From a virus (Duplodnaviria; Caudoviricetes), in the IMG/VR virus record IMGVR_UViG_3300012953_000012, positions 128,001 through 192,000 of that record: 64,000 bases of DNA. One strand, given 5' to 3'. Shown piece by piece: positions 59,165 to 64,000 of the stretch. The notes beneath the pieces are model-generated. The model saw only the letters and a list, made by a program, of their open reading frames with translations. It made no database searches and was not told where the DNA came from. Position numbers and translations under genes: made by a program. Within the stretch, counting starts at the first letter, position 1. Every line of letters begins with the position of its first letter.

Positions 59165-59763
59165 GGTTCCTCCTACAGCGAGGGGTCCGATAGACGGACT
59201 ACGGAGAGGATCACAGGATCACTCGTCGCGGGTGTCGTTGTACTACTACTTGTATGCGTATGGGGTGTCTGGTGGTTGGTGGTTGTCGTGTCATTCATCG
59301 TGAGTGTCTTATTCAATCGGTCAACCTACGGTTTCCCTACTCCTAAGAGAAGGTAGTACTCCTTCTCTCGGTCCCTCTCCTTGTGTGTCAGTGGAGAGGG
59401 CTGAGGATGCCTGGCTGAAGAACCTGACCCTTGAACACGGCTCGCTTGTGGATCCCCCTGACTCCCTTCCCAGTTGGGTGGTCAGGTTGTGGGAAGCACA
59501 AGGCCGAGTAGGCTGGCTCCGAAGACCCGCTCCTGTGGGGGAGGTAGGGTCAACCCTTCATCGGTTCCGTCGTGAGAAAGATCGTGTGACTGAGGCTGTT
59601 CCTTGACCTTCGGGTTTCCCCGATCCCGCACCGAGGGACCTCAAGCGAGCACACGATCTGACGAACCGGCCCATCCTGTTTCCCCCAGCCTGAGACTGGT
59701 GTCACGGGTAGTATCTACTCGACAGCAGGGCTCCGAGCAACCCCCCTGTGTGAGGATGGCCTT

Positions 59764-60075
59764 GTGTACCACGTTTGGATTGTGACGAGCCGCGATCTGG
59801 AACCGATCCAGTTGGGTGCTTCCTTCACTGACGAGCAGGATGCACTGGGGGCCGCATCAGGCACTCTCACCGCGATGGGTGCTGCTGTCCTGGCTGCCCG
59901 GAACGCCTACAGGAACGGGTCGTTGACCTTGCTGGTGTACGACCCCACTGGCCTGTTGCCCGTGAGCGCCTTCGTGGAGGGCGCAGTCCTGTCGGAGAAC
60001 GGTCGCAGCCTTCCCCCCAACGAGACTACCGAAACCATCGTCACGCGCCTCGTGGAGGGCGCGGAGGTCCACTGA
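59764..60075 (+). CDS. Hypothetical protein
   Basis: Protein-like ORF converging on the next gene; start uncertain. Confidence 0.5.
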   Translation: MYHVWIVTSRDLEPIQLGASFTDEQDALGAASGTLTAMGAAVLAARNAYRNGSLTLLVYDPTGLLPVSAFVEGAVLSENGRSLPPNETTETIVTRLVEGAEVH

Positions 60076-61365
60076 CTACCGGGCTACGAAGGTGTCACCC
60101 CAGCCTTTGCGGACGAGGCCCTGAATGTCGAGGTAGGCCAGGCACCGGTCGAGTCGTGGCTGGTCCATCCGCAGCGCCTCCTTGATTTCCTTCTTGGTGG
60201 ACCACGGCTCCATGCGGAGCAGGGCCAGAGTGTTTTGGGCATCTTCACGAGTCTGGATGCCTTCGCGCAACGCCGCCCGGACCTTGCTCCGGTTGGTGAG
60301 GGCACGGGTCACCGAGCACTCGTCCATGTCGGCAATCTCCTCGGCACTCGCTCCTGCGATCATGGCGTCGTACACAGCAGTGTACCGCTCGACTGCGCCC
60401 CGGAACGCGGAGGCAACGATCTCCCGACCGACTCGGACCATCTCCTCTCGGTCCCGGTGAGTTGCGACCTCGTCCTCAGGGGTCATGCTGGGGTCCACCA
60501 GGACATGCTCCACAACCAGGTCCCCTTCGTCGGGCTTCATTCGGATGACCTCGATGTCCCCTGCCACCAGGCTCTCAGGGGCGACATAGTCCTCCTGACC
60601 GAGTTCAATGCGTTGGTTGATCTCATGCTGGGTGCGAGCGCCGCGCTGACGGGCAAGAGCGTCCTGAGCGGACTTGTAGATGGAAGAGGTGCGCTTGCGC
60701 TCCAATGCCCGGCACAACCACGAGAACGGGACCGCGCCCTTCTCCTTGATGACGGCATCGAACGTGCCCTTCTGTCCCCAGGTTGCCAACCACAGGCCAG
60801 CGTCTGAACGGAGGTCATCGAAGTCAGCATGGACATCGCGCTTCGCCAACATCGCGGCAAGTCGTTTGATGAGGCCGTGCTCCGCGATCTGAACCGCCAG
60901 CCACTCTTGGGTCAGGGTGGTGGAGGCAGCGGGAGCCTTCACAGGAGCCGCAGGAGCCTCGACAGGGGCTTCCTCGACCACAGGCTCCGGTGCAGCCTCG
61001 ACAACGGGCTCGACAGGCTGTGGGGTCTCGACGGGGGTTGAGTCGGTGTTGCTCTCCGGGAGCACGTCGAGGACGATCTCGCGGTCTCCGTCACGGAGGG
61101 TGGCGAGCAGGGTCTCGGGCTGACCTCGGAGGGCAGCGAGTAGAGCGGATGCAAAGCGGGTCTGAGCCCCAGCGCCCTTGAAGCCATTTTGGAGCACGAG
61201 GTCACGGCGCACGATGCTGCGCTTGCGGCCCTGCTCTTCGGCGGTGGCGGTGATCCAGACGCTGATCTCTCGCTCGACCGAGGCGTCGTCCTCGGGAGTG
61301 GCGGTGAAGCCGCTGATCAGGTTGGTGAGGAGGGCGAGACGGCGTGGGGTGGTCTTGATAGACAT
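60076..61365 (-). CDS. Putative sigma-70/ECF-like factor with extra N-terminal domain and C-terminal winged helix
   Basis: Region-2-like DFDDLRSDA.LWL...FD..PFSW; region-4-like GASAEEIADMDECS..A...R.K..AALR; terminal wHTH ..LAYLDIQGLV. Confidence 0.55.
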   Translation of the reverse strand: MSIKTTPRRLALLTNLISGFTATPEDDASVEREISVWITATAEEQGRKRSIVRRDLVLQNGFKGAGAQTRFASALLAALRGQPETLLATLRDGDREIVLDVLPESNTDSTPVETPQPVEPVVEAAPEPVVEEAPVEAPAAPVKAPAASTTLTQEWLAVQIAEHGLIKRLAAMLAKRDVHADFDDLRSDAGLWLATWGQKGTFDAVIKEKGAVPFSWLCRALERKRTSSIYKSAQDALARQRGARTQHEINQRIELGQEDYVAPESLVAGDIEVIRMKPDEGDLVVEHVLVDPSMTPEDEVATHRDREEMVRVGREIVASAFRGAVERYTAVYDAMIAGASAEEIADMDECSVTRALTNRSKVRAALREGIQTREDAQNTLALLRMEPWSTKKEIKEALRMDQPRLDRCLAYLDIQGLVRKGWGDTFVAR

Positions 61366-61555
61366 GGCGTTCCTGGGTTTGCCAGCAGGGCTGGTCATGC
61401 GATGGTTTTTTCGATCAGGTCAGGACAGGCGACAGTGCTACAAGGAGCGGGTCTTTGGTCGTGACCCTTCGGTTGTAGCATGGGAGGAGCGGCGGGTCAA
61501 CCCGGTTTGGCCACTTTTGTCCCACTTTGCTCCACGTCCCCCGATTAGCGTTGCT

Positions 61556-61604
61556 CGGTAGAGTGGCTATGATCACGGACCAGTGATCTCGGTAGTCCCT
61601 CTAT
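61556..61604 (+). promoter_or_regulatory. Tandem CGGTAG-N5-CTAT elements (putative late promoters)
   Basis: Two exact copies at 61556-61570 and 61590-61604. Confidence 0.7.
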
Positions 61605-61640
61605 GGGACGCCGGGGTGTACGACCTACGGAGACTCCCCC

Positions 61641-63911
61641 ATGTTTCAGCCAACTGACCGCGCCCCCCTGTTGCGCCTTGCGTCGAGCCTCCCTGTAGGC
61701 TCTTCGGAGCGTAGAACCATCCTTGCCACCTTGAAGAAGGAGGCCGGGATCATGGACGACACGCTGGCGCGGGCGGACCTGCTTTCAGGTGCTCTCAAGA
61801 AGAGCAAGACCGCTGACCGTGGGCCTGTCCTGGAGGTCATGCAGGGCGGCATCGGAGGATTCTTCGACAAGTGGAACACATGGGTGAAGGAAAAGGCTCC
61901 CGAGTACGGAGCCAAAGACCTCGCAGAACTCCGTGAGTCTCCTGATCTCAACGACGAGGACCGTGATGCTCTGGAGGGCTTCGACAAGCGGCTCAAGACC
62001 TACGGTCCCGTCGCATCCCAACTCCTTGATCTGCTGGGTCAGATCGGAGAGGCCGAGAAAGACGCCTACGATGTCCTGTCCAACCGCAAGGACTACAAGT
62101 TGCGCGAAGCCGTCATGGCAGGCGCGGCCAAAGGCATCCACGGCATGGTTTCTACGATGGACTCGGGTCGTCGCCAGGTCACGGACATCGGACGGGGTGG
62201 GATCACCACTCCTGGGTCACACGGCGTAGACGCGGAAGACCTCGCCCAGGTCATGCTGGGCGGCGGCATGTTCATGCCAGGCATGATCTTCGACATGAAC
62301 ATCAAGGACAAGACCGACATTGGTCAGGGCTACAAGGTCAAAGGCGCGTTCAAGGAGCGCAAGAAGGTCTGGTCACCTGCGGGAACGAGCGTCTACACCA
62401 TCTCTGGTGCCGCACGCGGACCCTACATCAAGCCTGCCGCCAACTACGCCCGCACTGTGGCTATGAACGCCGCTGTGGACTGGAAGCGCAGCGTCCACGT
62501 CGAGTTGGAGTACATCCTCACCCCTGCCGACGAGCAGGACGGTGCGGACACGGGTGCCATCAACATGGGCGGCAAGGTCAGCCTGGAGACTCTCATGGGA
62601 GCCGAAGAGATCGCGGGCGTCCCTGTCAGCAGGCAGATGATCCTGGCTCAGTACTACATCAGGAAGATCGAGTCGAAGTTGGACAAGATGCTCAAGGAGG
62701 GAGTCGCCAAGGCTACCTGGCAGGCAGTCATGGCCCTGATCAAGGACCGGAAGAACCCCTGGAAGAAGGGTGGGGCTGGAGACTTCTCCATCGCTGTCCC
62801 CGTCGTCGCAAAGTTCCTGGAGAGCACCCGCGAAGGCCAGGAGATCATGGAAGCGAACGGCATGGAGAAGGCGGATCCGCGCACCATGCAGGCTCGCTGG
62901 AAGGACGCTGTGAAGAGCCTGAGGAAGGCGCTGTCTCAGTTGTCCGACGACGATCTGCTCTCCTCCCTCCACCTCACCCTGGAAGGGTTGGTGGATGATG
63001 TCCCCGCGTACATCCGCCAAATCAAGGACGACAAGGACCTCTACCAGACATACCTCTCGGACCTGCGAAAGACCGCCTCGGAGCAGAAGACCCTCACTGC
63101 ATCTGACCGTTCGGCACTGATTCGCCTGGCCGCATCCCTGCCTGTGGGATCACCGGAACGCCGTGCGATCCTTGCTGGCTGCGAGAAGTTGCCCGCTGGC
63201 CCGATGCGGGACAACTGCGAGAAGTCCAAGAAGGACGGTGTGCAGCCTGGCAAGGGCAAGTCGAAGGCGAAGTCCGACGACAAGAAGAAGGACGACGGCA
63301 AGATGCCCGCCGAGTTGCTGGAGAAGTTCAAGGCGAAGAAGGCTGGCAAGGATATGTCTCCCGCCGAGATCAAGAAGAAGATCGAGGAGATGGAACACTT
63401 CCTCGACATGATGCAGAACTACGACCCCTTCCTCCGAGGCCCCATCCACCATCAGTTCCAAGCCACCTCCAAGCAAGTGGCGGACTTGAAGAAGGCTCTC
63501 GACAAGGCCCTCCGTGGAAAGAAGGCTGCTGGTAGCCCTGACCCCAAGGGTCGCAACAGGAAGGAAGCCGCTGGCAACACGACGACCCTGACCTTCGATG
63601 TGAAGTACCTCATGCCCCTCATGTCCGTGCTCCAGAAGAACGGCTACAAGATCCGGCAGTCGGGTCGCGGGATGGAAGTGGTTGGCCATGACCGGTTCGA
63701 CAAGGCTGCGGGCAAGGTGCCCGACGCTCTCAAGAAGCACCAGTTCAAGCCCGGTGAGGGCGCGGGCGAGGATGCTGACGGTGACGGCAAGACCAACGAG
63801 CCGAAGCCCGACTTCCTCAAGAAGAAGGCCGCGCTGATTCGCCTGGCTGCCACACTCCCTGTGGGATCACACGAGCGCAAGACCATCCTTCGCATGGCCG
63901 CTGGAGCATGA
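61641..63911 (+). CDS. 756-aa protein with three LIRLAxxLPVGS motif copies; putative head-internal polyprotein
   Basis: Motif at the N-terminus, internally and at the C-terminus; Lys-rich spacers with repeated K-x-A. Confidence 0.75.
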   Translation: MFQPTDRAPLLRLASSLPVGSSERRTILATLKKEAGIMDDTLARADLLSGALKKSKTADRGPVLEVMQGGIGGFFDKWNTWVKEKAPEYGAKDLAELRESPDLNDEDRDALEGFDKRLKTYGPVASQLLDLLGQIGEAEKDAYDVLSNRKDYKLREAVMAGAAKGIHGMVSTMDSGRRQVTDIGRGGITTPGSHGVDAEDLAQVMLGGGMFMPGMIFDMNIKDKTDIGQGYKVKGAFKERKKVWSPAGTSVYTISGAARGPYIKPAANYARTVAMNAAVDWKRSVHVELEYILTPADEQDGADTGAINMGGKVSLETLMGAEEIAGVPVSRQMILAQYYIRKIESKLDKMLKEGVAKATWQAVMALIKDRKNPWKKGGAGDFSIAVPVVAKFLESTREGQEIMEANGMEKADPRTMQARWKDAVKSLRKALSQLSDDDLLSSLHLTLEGLVDDVPAYIRQIKDDKDLYQTYLSDLRKTASEQKTLTASDRSALIRLAASLPVGSPERRAILAGCEKLPAGPMRDNCEKSKKDGVQPGKGKSKAKSDDKKKDDGKMPAELLEKFKAKKAGKDMSPAEIKKKIEEMEHFLDMMQNYDPFLRGPIHHQFQATSKQVADLKKALDKALRGKKAAGSPDPKGRNRKEAAGNTTTLTFDVKYLMPLMSVLQKNGYKIRQSGRGMEVVGHDRFDKAAGKVPDALKKHQFKPGEGAGEDADGDGKTNEPKPDFLKKKAALIRLAATLPVGSHERKTILRMAAGA

Positions 63912-63912
63912 C

Positions 63913-64000
63913 ATGAACAAGCAAGCACTCCGAGAAGCGATGATCGCTGAGGGCATGATCCGAAAGGCAAGCCCCTCTCTCCCCAGGCCACGGCGCAACA
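63913..64000 (+). CDS. Partial ORF with LREAMIAEGM..KAS leader
   Basis: GGAG RBS; MNKQALREAMIAEGMIRKAS; runs off the window. Confidence 0.6.
   Translation, partial: MNKQALREAMIAEGMIRKASPSLPRPRRN

Noticed and set aside
59200-59760. tRNA or structured ncRNA, or the 59304-59606 ORF
   Set aside because: No cloverleaf or T-loop signature was recognised by eye, and the ORF has no RBS or motif; left unannotated.

Overview
This window looks like a GC-rich segment of a large, probably contractile-tailed bacteriophage. No ribosomal or core host genes, tRNA or CRISPR array were seen. Layout: (1) 0-19 kb, + strand: putative virion genes led by a 3824-aa beta-rich protein, then a lytic transglycosylase, an FmdB zinc ribbon and a CxxCH lipoprotein. 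(2) 19-29 kb, - strand: hypotheticals, a SET-domain protein, thymidine kinase and a DNA amino-methyltransferase split into separate modules. (3) A type IB topoisomerase. (4) 32-48 kb: an early-type island of short genes, including a MoxR-like AAA+/metallopeptidase/vWA set. (5) 48-64 kb: tail/neck-like genes, class II RNR, holA/holB-like genes, a sigma-like protein and a 756-aa protein. Main patterns read directly from the sequence: a ~30-aa motif (DRxxLIRLAxxLPxGSxERRxIL) found 5 times in 3 otherwise unrelated genes, suggesting a capsid-targeting/processing signal; a CG(G/T)TAG-N5-CTAT element before late-type genes; a CGTTAA-N16-CGTAAG element (9 copies) before early-type genes; and a 5-bp-stem hairpin just before the RBS of 10 early-type genes. 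All product calls come from motif recognition by eye; no database searches were run.
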